A DNA stretch of 64,000 nt from Squalus acanthias (GCA_030390025.1 CM059432.1:140432001-140496000); one strand, 5' to 3'. Shown: positions 48,576-61,878, counted from the stretch's first letter. A program made the numbers and translations. The notes: a model not told the origin generated them from the sequence alone.

Positions 48576-49972
48576 TTTCCTCTCCAAATTCCTTGACCGT
48601 GTTGTCGCCTCCCAAATCCGTGCCCATCTTTCCGGCAACTCCATGTTTGAATCCATCCAATCAGGCTTCCACCCCTGCCACAGTACCGAAACGGCTCTCA
48701 TCAAAGTCACAAATGACATCCTTGTGACTGTGACAAAGGTAAACTATCCCTCCTCATCCTTCTTGACTTGTCTGCAGCTTTTAACATGGTTGACCACTCC
48801 ATCCTTCTCCAACGCCTCTCCATCGTCGTCCAGCTGGGTGGGACTGCACTCGCCTGGTTCCATTCTTAGCTATCTAATCGTAGCCAGAAAATCACCTGCA
48901 ATGGCTTCTCTTCCCACTCCCGCATCGTTACCTCTGGTGTCCCCCAAGGATCTATCCTTGGCCCCCACCTATTTCGCATCTACATGCTGCCCCTTACCAA
49001 CATCATCTGAAAACACAGCGTCAGTTTCCACATGTACCCTGACGACACCCAGCTCTACCTCACTACCACTTCTCTCGACCCCTCCATGGTCTCTAAAATG
49101 TCAGACGGCTAGTCCGACATCCAGTTCTGGATCAGCAGAAATTTTTTCCAAATAAATATCGGGAAGACCGAAGCCATTGTTTTCAGTCCCCGCCACAAAC
49201 TCCGTTCCCTAGCCACTGACTCCATCCCTCTCCCTAACATCTGTCTGAGGCTGAACCACACTGTTCGCAACCTTGGTGTCATATTTGGCCCTGAAATGAG
49301 CTTCCGACCACATATCCGCAGCATAACATCACCCGTCTCCGCCCTTACCTCAGCTCATCCGCTGCTGAAACCCTAATCCATGCCTTTGTTACCTCTAGAC
49401 TTGACTATTCCAACGCACTCCTGGCTGGCCTCCCACATTCTACCTTACGTAAACTTGAAGTGATCCAAAACTCGGCTGCCCGTGTCCTAACTTGCACCAA
49501 GTTCCGTTCACCTATCACCCCTGTTCTCGCTGACCTAAATTGGCTCCCCGTTAAGCAATGCCTCGATTTCAAAATTTTCATCCTTGTTTTCAAATCCCTC
49601 CATGGCCTCGCCCCTCCCTATCTCTAATCTCCTTCAGCCCCACAACCCCCCGAGATATCTGCATTCCTCTAATTCTGCCCTCTTGAGCATCCCTGATTAT
49701 AATCGCTCAACCATTGGCAGCCGTGCCTTCAGCTGCCTGGGCCCTAAGCTCTGGAATTCCCTCCCTAAACCTCTCTGCCTCTCTACCTCTCTTTCCTCCT
49801 TTAAGCCGCTCCTTAAAACCTACCTCTTTGACCAAGCTTTTGGTCACCTGCCCTAATTTCTCCTTATGTGGCTTGGTGTCACATTTTATTTTGTCTTATA
49901 ATACTCCTGTGAAGCGCCTTGGGACGTTTTACTACGTTAAAGGCACTATATAAATACAAGTTGTTGTTGTTG
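48576..49972 (+). mobile_element. L2 LINE RT-to-3' fragment, ~1.4 kb
   Basis: [27 protein letters not shown], a GVPQGSILGP-like block, YPDDTQLY (YADD remnant) and a (GTT)n tail. Confidence 0.92.
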
Positions 49973-49979
49973 TTCTTGC

Positions 49980-50292
49980 TGTACTGTAGGAAACGCAGCA
50001 GACAATTTGCGCACAGCTAGGACCAACAGACAGCAATATGATAATGACAAGATAATCTGTTTTAGTGATATTGGTTGAGGGATAAATATTGGCCAGGACA
50101 CCGGGGAGAATTCCCCTGCTCTTCTGCAGTTTGGACCATGGTTTAATGTCTCATCCAAAATACATCAGCCCCTGACAGTGCAGCACTCCCTCAGCACTGC
50201 GCGGGCAGCATCAAGCCTAGATTATGTGCTCAAATTCTTGGGCGTAGGACTGAGAGGTGAGAGTGATACCCACTGAGCCATGGCTGACACCT
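49980..50292 (-). mobile_element. DeuSINE-like SINE, decayed
   Basis: Reverse complement of the head (CCACTGAGCCATGGCTGAC) and body blocks. Confidence 0.75.
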
Positions 50293-50414
50293 TAGGAATA
50301 CACAATTCTATTCCATGTCCTCACATGTCACAGTTGCAGCAGGAGTTAGATAGAAAAAGAACTCACATTTATATAGCAGCTTATCACATCTCTCAGAATA
50401 AAGTGCAGTCTTAT

Positions 50415-50748
50415 GTTGAACACAATACTCCAGCTGGAGCTGAATAAGTGTTTTATAAAGGTTTCGCATAAATTCCTGGTTTTTGTAATCTGAGCCTCTA
50501 TTTATAAAGCCCAGGATCCCATGTGCTTTATTAACTGCTTTGTTCACCTGTCCTGCCACCTTCAAAGACTTGTACACAAACACTCCCAGGTCTCTCTGTT
50601 CTTGCACCCCCTTTAAAATTATACCATTTAGTATGTATTGTCTCTCCTCATTCTTCCTACCAAAATGTATCACCTCACTTCTCTGTGTTGAATTTCATCT
50701 GCCATGTGTCTGCCCTTTCTACCAGCCTGTCTATGCCCTCTTGAATTC
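50415..50748 (-). mobile_element. CR1 internal fragment
   Basis: Translation IHFGRKNEERQY..QRDLGVFV..LEYCVQ. Confidence 0.85.
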
Positions 50749-51194
50749 TGTTGTTTGGCGGTATTGATTGAGGAATAAATGTTGCTCATGGCACTGGGTG
50801 AACCCGCTGCTCCCCTTCGCTATGGGGTCGTTTACATCCACCTGAACAAGTACAGGGGGCCTCAGTTAAATATCTCATCTGAGTTAGAGCTCGTTCAACA
50901 ATGCAACAGTGACTGTAAAGCGCTTTGGGATGTCCCGAGGTTGTGAAAGGCACGATATAATTGCAAGTTCTTTCTTCCTTGATAGCTCCCCCCACAATCA
51001 GAGAGACTAGGTGCACTCACTGTCCAGGGCTACATATGTTGACTTACTGGAAGTCAGATGACACCCAAGGAATCGTTCCAAGAGTCCTAAGGAGAGGAGG
51101 GGAAAGAAAGAAACTAAATATGGTGATCTTACTGGAACATGGTACAGAGTTTGCCCTGGAGACAGTTTAGCATAGAATCAACTGATGGTATTGA

Positions 51195-51530
51195 CTGAGG
51201 AGTAAATAAGGAGAAACTGTTTCCACTGGCAGGAGGGTCAGTAACCAAAGGACACAGATTTAAGGTAATTGGCCAAAGAACCAGAAGGGGAGAGGAGGAG
51301 AATTCTTTTTACGCAGCGAGTTGTTATGATCTGGAATGCACTGCCTGAAAGGGCGGTGGAAGCAGATTCAATAGTAACTTTCAAAAGGGAATTGGATAAA
51401 TACTTGAAAAGGAAAATAATTGGCGGGCCATGGGGAAGTGGGCCTAATTGGATAGCTCTTTCAAAGAGCCAGTACAGGCACAATGGGCCGACTGGCCTCC
51501 ATCTTTGCTGTATGATTCTATGTTGCTATG
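51195..51530 (+). mobile_element. CR1 3' end
   Basis: Translation FTQRVVMIWNALPERAVEADS plus 3' UTR. Confidence 0.85.
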
Positions 51531-51736
51531 ATGGCTCTAGAAAATATTCACTAGGCTCTAAAATGCTGCAGGCTCTGATACAATTCACATTTTTATGGTG
51601 CCTCATTGATAGGGAACTAACATAAAATAGCTTCTACATTACACCCTTTAATGGCTGACAGAGATGATATTATAAAGGTGGCCTACTGTATTTCTAAATG
51701 TGATAACTTCCATGAGCTTCCTTGGCCAGACCCTTT

Positions 51737-54700
51737 AGAGGAGTAGAGGAGGCCTGGGACCGGAGCTGAGCGGCGGACCTGCGAGAGGCACAGAGTCAGC
51801 GAGAGGAGAGAGAGAAGTAAAAAGTAATCGAAGTGTGACAGCACCAGAAAGCAGGTAACTGATTGGTAGGTGAGTATTTTTCTCTTTCTTGCTTTTTTCC
51901 AAACTTAATTTTTGTGGTTTATAGTTTCTAGGGCCTCTATTGTGTAGCGGGGAGTGCTGGTAAATAAGGGCCCTTGAGTATATCATTTAATTGTAGTTTA
52001 ATTAGTGGTATTGATTTGATTTAATTTAATTTGAATTAATTAAAGGGTAAGTCATGGCAGCATAGCTCGGCCCCGTGACATGCTCCTCCTGCACTATGTG
52101 GGAAATCAGGGACACTTCCTGTGTCCCTGACGACCATGTGTGCAGGAAGTGTATCCAGCTGCAGCTACTGACAGACCGCATTGCGGCGCTGGAGCTGCGA
52201 ATGGATACATACTGGAGCATTCGCGATGCTGAGCACATCGTGGATAACACGTTCAGGGAGTTGGTCACACCGCAGGTAAAGACTGCACAGGCAGGAAGGG
52301 AATGGGTGACCACCAGGCAGAGTAGTAGGTGCAGGCAGGTAGTGCAGGGGATCCCCTGTGGCCATCCGCCTTTCAAACAGATATACCACTTTGGATATTG
52401 TTGAGGGGGATGGCATATCGGGGGAAGGCAGCAGCAGCCAACTTCCTGGCACCATGGGTGGTTCTGCTGCACAGGACGGGAGGAAAAAAAGTGGGAGAGC
52501 TATAGTGATAGGGGATTCTATTGTAAGGGGAATAGATAGGCGTTTCTGCGGCCGCAAATGAGACTCCAGGATGGTATGTTGCCTCCCTGGTGCAAGGGTC
52601 AAGGATGTCTCGGAGTGGCTGCAGGGCATTCTGGAGGGGGAGGGTGAACAGCCAGTTGTCGTGGTGCATATAGGTACCAACGATATAGGTAAAAAACGGG
52701 ATGAGGTCCTAAAAGCTGAATATAGGGAGTTAGGAGGTAAATTAAAAAATAGGACCCCAAAGGTAGTAATCTCAGGATTGCTACCAGTGCCACGTGCTAG
52801 TCAGAGTAGAAATAGAAGGATATTTCAGATGAATACGTGGCTAGAGGAATGGTGCAAGGGGGAGGGATTCAAATTCCTGGGACATTGGAACCTGTTCTGG
52901 GGAGGTGGGACCAGTACAAACTGGACGGTTTGCACCTGGGCAGGACCGGGACCGATGTCCTTGGGGGAGTGTTTGCTAGTGCTGTTGGGGAGGGTTTACA
53001 AGGCCTGACTTGGATAGAGAACTGGTTGGCAGACAGGAAGCAAAGAGTTGGAGTAAACGGGTCTTTTTCCGAGTGGCAGGCAGTGACTAGTGGGGTACCG
53101 CAGGGATCGGTGCTAGGACCCCAGCTATTCACAATATATATTAATGATCTAGACGAGGGAACTAGATGTAATATCTCCAAGTTTGCAGATGACACAAAGC
53201 TGGGTGGGCGTGTGTGCTGTGAGGAGGATGCAGAGAAACTCCAGTATGATTTAGACAGGTTGGGTGATTGGGCAGATGCATGGCAGATGCAGTATAATGT
53301 GGATAAATGCGAGGTTATCCACTTTGGTGGCAAAAACAGGAAGACAGATTATTATCTGAATGGCAATGTAGAATTCTTCATTAAAATGGAGAGTGAAGTA
53401 GTTGACTCAGAGACTAGGGTCCTGAATTTAAATAAAGGAAACTACGATGGTATGAGGCATGAGTTGGCTAGGATGGATTGGGGAACGTTACTTAAAGGGT
53501 TGACGGTGGGATAGGCAATGGCAAACATTTAAAGATCGCATGGATGAACTACAGAATTTGTTCATCCCTGTTTGGCATAAAAATAAAACAAAAAAGGTGA
53601 CTCAACTGTGGCTAACAAGAGAAATTAGGGATAGCATAAGATCCAAGGTGAGGACATATAATTTGGCCAAAAAAAATCAGCAAACCTGAGGATTGGGAAC
53701 AGTTTAGGATTCAGCAAAGGAGGACAAAGGGATTAATTAAGAGGGGCAAAATAGATTATGAGAGTAAGCTTGCAGGGAACATAAAAACTGACTATAAAAG
53801 CTTCTATAGATATGTGAAGAAAAAAAGATTGGTGAAGTCAAGCGTAGGTCCCTTGCAGTCAGAATCAGGGGCATTTATAATGGGGAACAAAGAAATGGCA
53901 GACCAATTAAATACATACTTTGGTTCTGTCTTCACAAAGGAGGACACAAATAACCTCCCAGAGATGTCGGGGAACATAGGGTCTAATGAGAGGGAGGAAC
54001 TAAATGAAATCAGTATTTGTAGGGAAATGGTGTTAGGGAAATTGATGGGATTGAAGGCTGATAAATCCATAGGGCCTGATAATCTACATCCTAGGGTACT
54101 TAAGGAAGTGGCCCTAGAAATAGTAGATGTATTGCTGGTATTCTTCCAAAATTCTATAGACTCTGGAACAGTTACCATGGATTGGAGGATAGCTAATGTA
54201 ACCCCACTATTTAAAAAAGGTGGTAGAGAGAAAACGGGGAATTATAGACCTGTAAGTCTGACTTCGGTAGTGGGGAAAATGCTAGAGTCCATTATAAAAG
54301 ATGTAATAGCAGAGCACTTGGAAAACAGTGACAGGATCGGACAAAGTCAACATGGATTTACAATAGGTAAATCATGCTAGACTAATCTACTGGAATTTTT
54401 TGAGGATGTAACTGGTAGAATAGATAAGGGAGAACCAGTGGATGTGGTGTATTTGGACTTTCAGAAGGCTGGGTGGGCGTGTGTGCTGTGAGGAGGATGC
54501 TGAGAACCTCCAGTATGATTTGGGCAGGTTGGGTGATTGGGCAGATGCAGTATAATGTGGATAAATGCGAGGTTATCCACTTCGGTGGCAAAAACAGGAA
54601 GACAGATTATTATCTGAACTGCAATAGATTGGGAAAAGGGGAAGTGCAACGAGACCTGGGTGTCCTTGTGCACCAGTCGCTGAAGGTAAGCATGCAGGTG

Positions 54701-55360
54701 CGGCAGGCAGTTAAGAAGGCAAATGGTATGTTGCCCTTCATAGCGAGAGGATTCGAGTACAGGAGCAAGGATGTACTGGGCCTTGGTGAGACCACACCTT
54801 GAGTATTGTGTGCAGTTTTGGTCACCTTATCTGAGGAAGGATGTTCTTGCCATGGAGAGAGTGCAGCGAAGATTCACCAGACTGATACCTGGGATGGCAG
54901 GAATGACGTATGAGGAGAGATTGGGTCGATTAGGCTTATATTCGCTAGAGTTTAGAAGAATGAGAGGGGATCTCATTGAAACTTATAAAATTCTAACAGG
55001 ACTAGACAGACTAGATGCAGGAAGGATGTTCCCGATGGTGGGGGAGTCCAGAACCAGGGGTCACAGTCTAAGGATAAGGGGTAGGCCATTCAGGACTGAG
55101 ATGAGGAGGAATTTCTTCACCCAGAGAGTGGTGAACCTGTGGAATTCTCTACCACACAAGGCAGTTGAGGCCAATTCATTAAATATATTCAAGAAGGAGT
55201 TAGATATATTTCTTAAGGCTAAAGGGATCAAGGGATATGGGGAGAAAGCAGGGACAGGATACTGACTTTGGATGATCAGCCATGATCTCATTAAATGGCG
55301 GAGCAGGCTCGAGGGGCCGAATGGCCTACTCCTGCTCCTATCTTCTATGTTTCTATGTTT
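51737..55360 (+). mobile_element. CR1 LINE retaining 5' UTR and ORF1, with rearranged ORF2
   Basis: The ORF1 remnant is followed by out-of-order ORF2 segments and an intact C-terminus (54771-55265) with a (TTCTATGT)n tail. Confidence 0.9.
52054..52998 (+). pseudogene. CR1 ORF1p pseudogene (zinc finger/leucine zipper + SGNH esterase-like domain)
   Basis: CSSC..CRKC zinc finger and a leucine-rich coil. IVIGDSIVRG, CCLPGARVKDV, VVHIGTND and DGLHL are SGNH/GDSL blocks known from CR1 ORF1. Contains stops and frameshifts. Confidence 0.88.
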
Positions 55361-56174
55361 ATAAAAGGATCTTGTTTATTAACGCTTACATTTCTGGTCT
55401 GTTTATTAAATAAGCAGTTCTCTAATGTGACAGTGTTACATCATACTCAACCCCTACAAACAATGGAACTGCATTTATGGAATCAGGCTTTAAAATAACA
55501 AAGCAAAAATGTGCAATGATCCTGGAGGACTTTAACCTCTCACTTAATGTAAACTCAGATCTAAGTTTACACTCCTGCTCTCCCTTCTCCAGAGGCGCTT
55601 ACTGAGTGAGCGATTGTTTATTGCAGAGTTGTTTAAAGAAAATTGAAAGCCTGTACCATTACAAGTTTGCCCCGAAAATAAACAGGGCCTCAAATTGAAA
55701 CAGAATTGTATACTGCTCTCTGTTTTATTGCAATTCATGCTATAATAGCCATTTTTGTTTAATTTCAGACATTTCGCTGCTTAACGTCATCAACCTACCT
55801 GACATAGCACTTGAAGGATATGTTTTAATTGACCAAATAAAATTTAAGGGCCTCCAGCTACCAGGGAGGCCCACTAGAAGCCTGATAGTTGATGGTCCAT
55901 CTTTCACTGGGTGCTACCAAAGTTTATTGAAGTGCTAAAGGTAAGAAACAGTTCAACATTTATTGCCCAGATGTAGAATCACAGAATTATATTTACAGTG
56001 CAGAAGGAGGCCATTTGGCCCACCGTGCCCGTGCGGCTGCCAACTCTAACATGCAATGAATAGCTACCAGCAGGAGAGGGAAAAAATGAAAATATATATG
56101 CAGATTTGGTCATCTGGGAAGGTTTAATTTTACACTGTACACTAGCAAGCAGTCAATCCTAAGTAACTAGGTCC

Positions 56175-56580
56175 TTTTTTAAAATTCATTTTTATGGGAT
56201 GTGGGCGTCGCTGGCAAGGCCAGCATTTATTGCCCATCCCTAATTGCCCTTGAGAAGGTGGTGGTGAGCCGCCTTCTTTAAGCACTGCAGTCCGTGTGGT
56301 GAAGGTGCTCCCACAGTGCTGTTAGGGAGGGAGTTCCAGGATTTTGACCCAACGACGATGAAGGATCGGCGATATACTTCCAAGTCAGGATGGTGTGTGA
56401 CTTGGAGGGGAACTTGGAGGTGATGGTGTTCCCCTGCGCCTGCTGCCCTTGTCCTTCTAGGTGGTGGAGGTCGCGGGTTTGGGAGGTGCTGTCGAAGAGG
56501 CCTTGGCGAGTTGCTGCAGTGCATCTTGTAGATGGTACACACTGCAGACACGGTGTGCCAGTGGTTGAGGGAGTGGATGT
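56175..56580 (-). mobile_element. 3' fragment of the tRNA-headed CR1-group LINE family
   Basis: Matches 40811-41213. Confidence 0.87.
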
Positions 56581-56947
56581 TAGCTTCTGCCATTGGCTCA
56601 GTTAGTAAATATATCGCCATATGGAATTGAGCTCTATAGACCTGGATGATCTTAGGTTTGATTCTTGTCCTGTACTGAATTAAATAGTCTCAGGCAAGGT
56701 GTTGATAGTAGTGTACAATTGGCCGAGAGAGCAGAAAATAATCGTCCAGGTTCTCTACTCCTGAGCCAGTATCCCCCTGAAAAGAAAAAGAAAGAAAGAC
56801 TTGCATTTATATCGCGCCATTCACAAGCTCAGGCCATCCCAAAGCATGTTATAGCCAATGAAGTACTTTTGAAGTGTAGTCACTGTTGTAATGTAGGAAA
56901 CACAGCAGCCAATTTACACACAGCAAGCTCCCACAAACAGCAATGAG

Positions 56948-57465
56948 TTCTTCTTCTTCTTAGGCAGTCCCTCGGAACCGAGGATGACTTGCTTCCACAC
57001 TAAAAATGAGTTCGCAGGTGACTGCTGAGTCCAATGCGGGACCTACAGACTCTGTCACAGGTGGGGCAGATGGTGGTTGAAGGGGCGGGTGGGTGGGGTG
57101 CTTGGGTTGACGTACACTCCTTGCGTTGCTTGCGCTTGGCTTCCGCTTGCTCCCGGCGAAGAGACTCGAGGTGTTCGGCGCCTTCCCGGATGCTTCTCCT
57201 CCACTTTGTGCGGTCTTGGGCCAGGGATTCCCAGGTGTCGGTGGGGATGTTGCACTTTTTCAAGGAGGCTTTGAGGGTGTCCTTGAAGCGTTTCCTCTGC
57301 CCACATTGGGCTCTCTTGCCGTGTCAGAGCTCCAAGTAGAGCGCTTGTTTTGGGAGTCTCGTATCGGGCATGCGGATGGTATGGCCCGTCCATTGGAGCT
57401 GATCGAGCGTGGTCAAAGCTTCGATGCTGGGGATGTTGGCCTGAGCAAGAACACTGACGTTGGTG
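56948..57465 (-). mobile_element. RTE LINE 3' fragment
   Basis: KCNIPTDTWESLAQDRTKWRR..CPTCDRVCRSRIGLSSHLRTHF, with an (AAG)n tail. Confidence 0.92.
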
Positions 57466-57466
57466 G

Positions 57467-57633
57467 TGGTGGAAACAGATTCAACAGTAGCTTTGAAAAC
57501 GGAATTGGATAAATCTTGAAGGAGAAAAAAATTGCAGGGATATGGGGAAAGAGGCTAACTGGATTGCTCTTCGAAAGAGCCAGCACAGACTCGATGGGCT
57601 GAATGGCCTCCTTCTGTGCTGCACTATTCTATG
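57467..57633 (+). mobile_element. CR1 3' end
   Basis: Matches the reverse complement of 61240-61410. Confidence 0.75.
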
Positions 57634-58103
57634 AGATGTGTTTTAGTGACATTGGTTGAGGGCTGAGCATTGGTATGGATACCAGGGGGAACTTCCCTGC
57701 TTTTCTTTGAAATAGTTCTGTAGAATCTTTTAGATCCACCTGAGAGGGCAGACGGGGCCTTGGTTTAACATCTTACCTGGAAGACGGCACCTCTGACAGT
57801 GCAGCACTCCTTCCATGTTGCACTGGTGAGTCAGCCTGTATTTTGAGCTGAAGTCACAGGAGTGGGAATCAAACTGGCAACCTACTGACTCAGAGGCAAG
57901 AGTGCTACCCACAGAGCCAAGGCTGACACCTGCTAGAAAGGGCGTGTGCCACTTCCTGTTCAAATCTGTCTAGGCTCACACGTGAAGAATGGTCATTTGG
58001 GTGAGGTATCGGAGGATAATCGATGCCCATGACAATGTACCCTAGCAAGAGCCAGCACCTTGGGAGGAGGCAGGAAGAAAATCCATCTTACATGATGTTT
58101 TAC

Positions 58104-59019
58104 TTTTCTTCTTCTTAGGCAGTCCCTCGGAACCGAGGATGACTTGCTTCCACATTAAAATGAGTTCTCAGGTGACTGATGAGTCCAATGCGGGACCTAC
58201 AGTCTCTGTCACAGGTGGGGCAGACGGTGGTTGAAGGGACGGGTGGGTGGGGTGCTTGGGTTGACGTACACTCCTTGCGTTGCTTGCGCTTGGCTTCCGC
58301 TTGCTCCCGGCGAAGAGACTCGAGGTGTTCGGCACCTTCCCGGATGCTTCTCCTCCACTTTGTGCGGTCTTGGGCCAGGGATTCCCAGGTGTCGGTGGGG
58401 ATGTTGCACTTTTTCAAGGAGGCTTTGAGGGTGTCCTTGAAGCGTTTCCTCTGCCCACATTGGGCTCTCTTGCCGTGTCGGAGCTCCGGGTAGAGCGCTT
58501 GTTTTGGGCGTCTCGTATCGGGCATGCGGACAATGTGACCCGTCCATCGAAGCTGATCGAGCGTGGTCAAAGCTTCGATGCTGGGGATGTTGGCCTGAGC
58601 AAGAACACTGACGTTGGTGCGCCTATACTGCCAATGGATTTGCAGGATCTTGCGGAGGCAGTGTTGGTGGTACCTCTCCAGTGCTTTGAGGTGCCTGCTG
58701 TACATGGCCCATGTCTCTGAGGCATACAGCAGGGCGGGTATCACTGCTGCTCTGTAGACCATGAGCTTAGTGCCGGGTTTGCGGTCCTGGTCTTCAAACA
58801 CTCTCTTCCTCAGGCGACCGAAGGCTGCACTGGCACACTGAAGGCGGTGTTGGACTTCGTCGTCGACGTCTGCCCTTGTTGACAGTAGGCTCCCGAGGCA
58901 TGGAAAGTGGTCCACGTTGTCCAAGGCCTCGTCGTGGATTTTGATAATCGGGGGGCAGTACTGTGTGGCGGGGGCAGGTTGGTAGAGGACCTTTGTCTTA
59001 TGGATGTTTAGTGTAAGGC
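58104..59019 (-). mobile_element. RTE LINE 3' fragment with uninterrupted frame and 52 bp TSD
   Basis: ORF 58115-59026 (303 aa) is the RTE C-terminus. Direct repeats at 58052-58103 and 59020-59071. Confidence 0.93.
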
Positions 59020-59514
59020 CCAGCACCTTGGGAGGAGGCAGGAAGAAAATCCATCTTACATGATGATTTACATAGCTGTGTCAGCTGTGGGTCAGTGGGT
59101 AGCACCCTTGCCTCTGAGTCAGAAGGTTGTGGGTTCATAGACCCACTCCAGAGACTTGAGCACAAAGTTTTCTTCCAAGTCCCGCACCATCCAGCCTTGG
59201 ATATATATCATCGTCAATGGGGTCAAAATCCTGGAATTCCCTATCTAACACCACCATGGGGCACCATCAGCACATGGACTGCAGCAGTTCAAGGAGAATG
59301 TCCACAACCACCTTCTCAGGGCAACCAGTGTTGGGCAATAAAGTAATACTTGCATTTATATAGCACCTTTTACGACCTCAGGACATTCCAAAGTGCTTTA
59401 CAGCCAATGAAGTACTTCTGTTGATTAGTCATTGCTAATAATAACCCCAGCTTCTATTCTCCACTGCTAACCGTCTTCTTAAACCACTCTCTCCTGTCTC
59501 CTCCACCCTCACAG

Positions 59515-60255
59515 TGTCAGCTGTGGCTCAGTTGATAGCACACTCGCCTCTGAGTCAGAAGGTTGTGGGTTCATAGTCCCACTCCAGGGACTTGAGCACA
59601 AAGTCTAGGCTGACACGCCCAGTGCAGTACTGAGGGAGTGCTGCACTGTCGGAGGTGCCGCCTTTCGGATGAGATGTTAAACCCAAGGCCCTGTCTGCCC
59701 TCTCAGGTAGATGTAAAAGATCCCATGGTATCCTGCTCAATATTTATCCCTCAATCAATGTTATCTGGTCATTATTTGGCAACACGGTGGCATAGTGGTT
59801 AGCACTGTTGCCTCACAGCGCCAGGGACCCGGGTTCGAATCCGACCTCGGATGACTGTCTGTGTGGAGTTTGCACATTCTCCCCGTGTCTGTGTGGGTTT
59901 CCTCCGGGTGCTCCGGTTTCCTCCCACAGTCCAAAGATGTGCGGGTTAGGTTGATTTGGCTATGATAAATTGACCCTTAGTGTTAGGGGGATTAAATACG
60001 TGGGGTTACGGGGATAGGGTGGGATATGTGTCGGTGCAGGCTCGATGGGCCGAAATGGCCTCTATCTGCATTGTGGGTATTCTGTGATTATCACATTGGT
60101 GTTTGTGGGAGCTTGCTGTGTGTAAATTGGCTGCTGCGTTTCCCACATTACAACTGTGACTACACTTCAAAAGTACTTAATTGGCTGTCAACCGCTTTGG
60201 GATGTCCTGTGGTCATGAAAGGCGCTATAGAAACGCAAGTCTTTCTTTTTCTTTT
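59515..60255 (+). mobile_element. DeuSINE-like SINE interrupted by an HE1-like SINE
   Basis: Head at 59515; the SINE resumes at ~60087 (ATTAT on both sides of the insert). Confidence 0.8.
59778..60086 (+). mobile_element. HE1/V-SINE-like SINE, short-tail form
   Basis: Near-identical to 39817-40119. Confidence 0.85.
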
Positions 60256-61878
60256 ATGACACATGTATGGTTTGGCAGACCCTTAATAAAACCTTCCTGC
60301 TCTACTTGCCCATATACAATACCATATCAGTCTGATTAATTTCTGGCAGGAAACACAGCTCATGTTCCTATTTGATGTACATTGTATTTTCCATTGCGTG
60401 GGATGTAAAACCAAATGAGAAGCAAAAATATGATGAGGGTAAAATAATTCAAGGCAGCTTTACCAGATCAGCAATCAGTACAAATTGCATGGTATAGTCG
60501 CTGTACAAATTATACTGAGTAAAGAAAAGCTATCAGTAGAAATAAACCAAAAGTGAAGTGATGACTAATGCTTCCATCCTCATACTACTTGCACTGATAT
60601 CCAAAGTTACTGGCACTGATACAGCTCAGTGCTTTAACTGACAAATGACTGGGCCTGTCGTGTTCAAATACTTCCATGTGTTCTACTGAGGCCTAGAGAT
60701 TGCGCTACTGCCAGTAACTCTGGCTGTGTTAACACAGAAAGGGTCATTTTACTAATACATAGTCTCATTTACCAGCAGCGCATACAACACCTTGCATTTA
60801 TATAGCGCCTTTAACGTAGTAAAACATCCCCTGGCTTCACAGGAGACAAAGTCTGTCGCTGAGCCACATAAGGAGCTATTAGGACAGGTGATCAAAAAGC
60901 TTGGTCAAAGAAGTAGCTTTTAAAGAACATCTTAAAGGAGAAGAGAGGTATAGAGAGGTATAGACAGGGAATTCCAGAGCTTAGGGACTAGACAGCTGAA
61001 GGCACGGCCACCAATGGTGGCGAAAAGGCTATCGGGGATGCACAAGAGACCAGAATTGGAGGAGCGCAGTGATCTCGGAGGATTGTAGGGCTGGAGAGGT
61101 TACAGAGGGGGTGAGGCCATGGAACGATCTGAACCCAAGGACGAGCTTTTTAAATTTGAGGTTTTGCCGGACCGGGGGCCAATATAGATCAGCGAGCACA
61201 GGGGTGATGGATGAACAGGACTTATAGAATCATACAATAGTACAGCACAGAAGGAGGCCATTCGGCCCATCGAGTCTGTGCCGGCTCTTTCGAAGAGCAA
61301 TCCAGTTAGTCCCACTCCCCCCGCTCTTTCCCCATATCTCTGCAATTTTGTTTCTCCTTCAAGTATTTATCCAATTCCCTTTTGAAGGCTACTATTGAAT
61401 CTGTTTCTACCATCCTATCAGGCAGTGCATTCCAAATCCTAACCACTCGTTGCGTAAAAAGGTTTTTCCTCATGTCGCCTCTGGTTCTTTTGCCAATCAC
61501 CTTGAATCTGTGCCCTCTCGTTATCGACCCTTCAGCCACTGGAAACAGTTTCTCTTTATTTACTCTATCGAAATCCTTCATGATTTTAAACACCTCTATC
61601 AAATCTCCTCTTGGCCTTCTCTGCTCTAAGGAGAACAACCCCAGCTTTTCCAGTCTATCCACGTAACTGTAATCCCTCATCCGTGGAACCATTCTAGTAA
61701 ATCTCTTCTGTACCCTCTCCAAAGCCTTCACGTCCTTCCTAAAGTGCGATGCCCAGAATTGGACTCAATACTCCAGCTGGGGCCGAACTAGTGTTTTATA
61801 CAGGTTTAGCATAACTTCCTGGCTTTTGTACGCTATCCTCTATTTATAAAGCCCAGGATCCCACGTGCTTTATTAACT

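Larger units (their letters stand above)
56785..57910 (-). mobile_element. DeuSINE-like SINE split by RTE and CR1 pieces (SINE parts 56785-56947 and ~57635-57910)
   Basis: The SINE tail and head flank the insertions. Confidence 0.72.
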
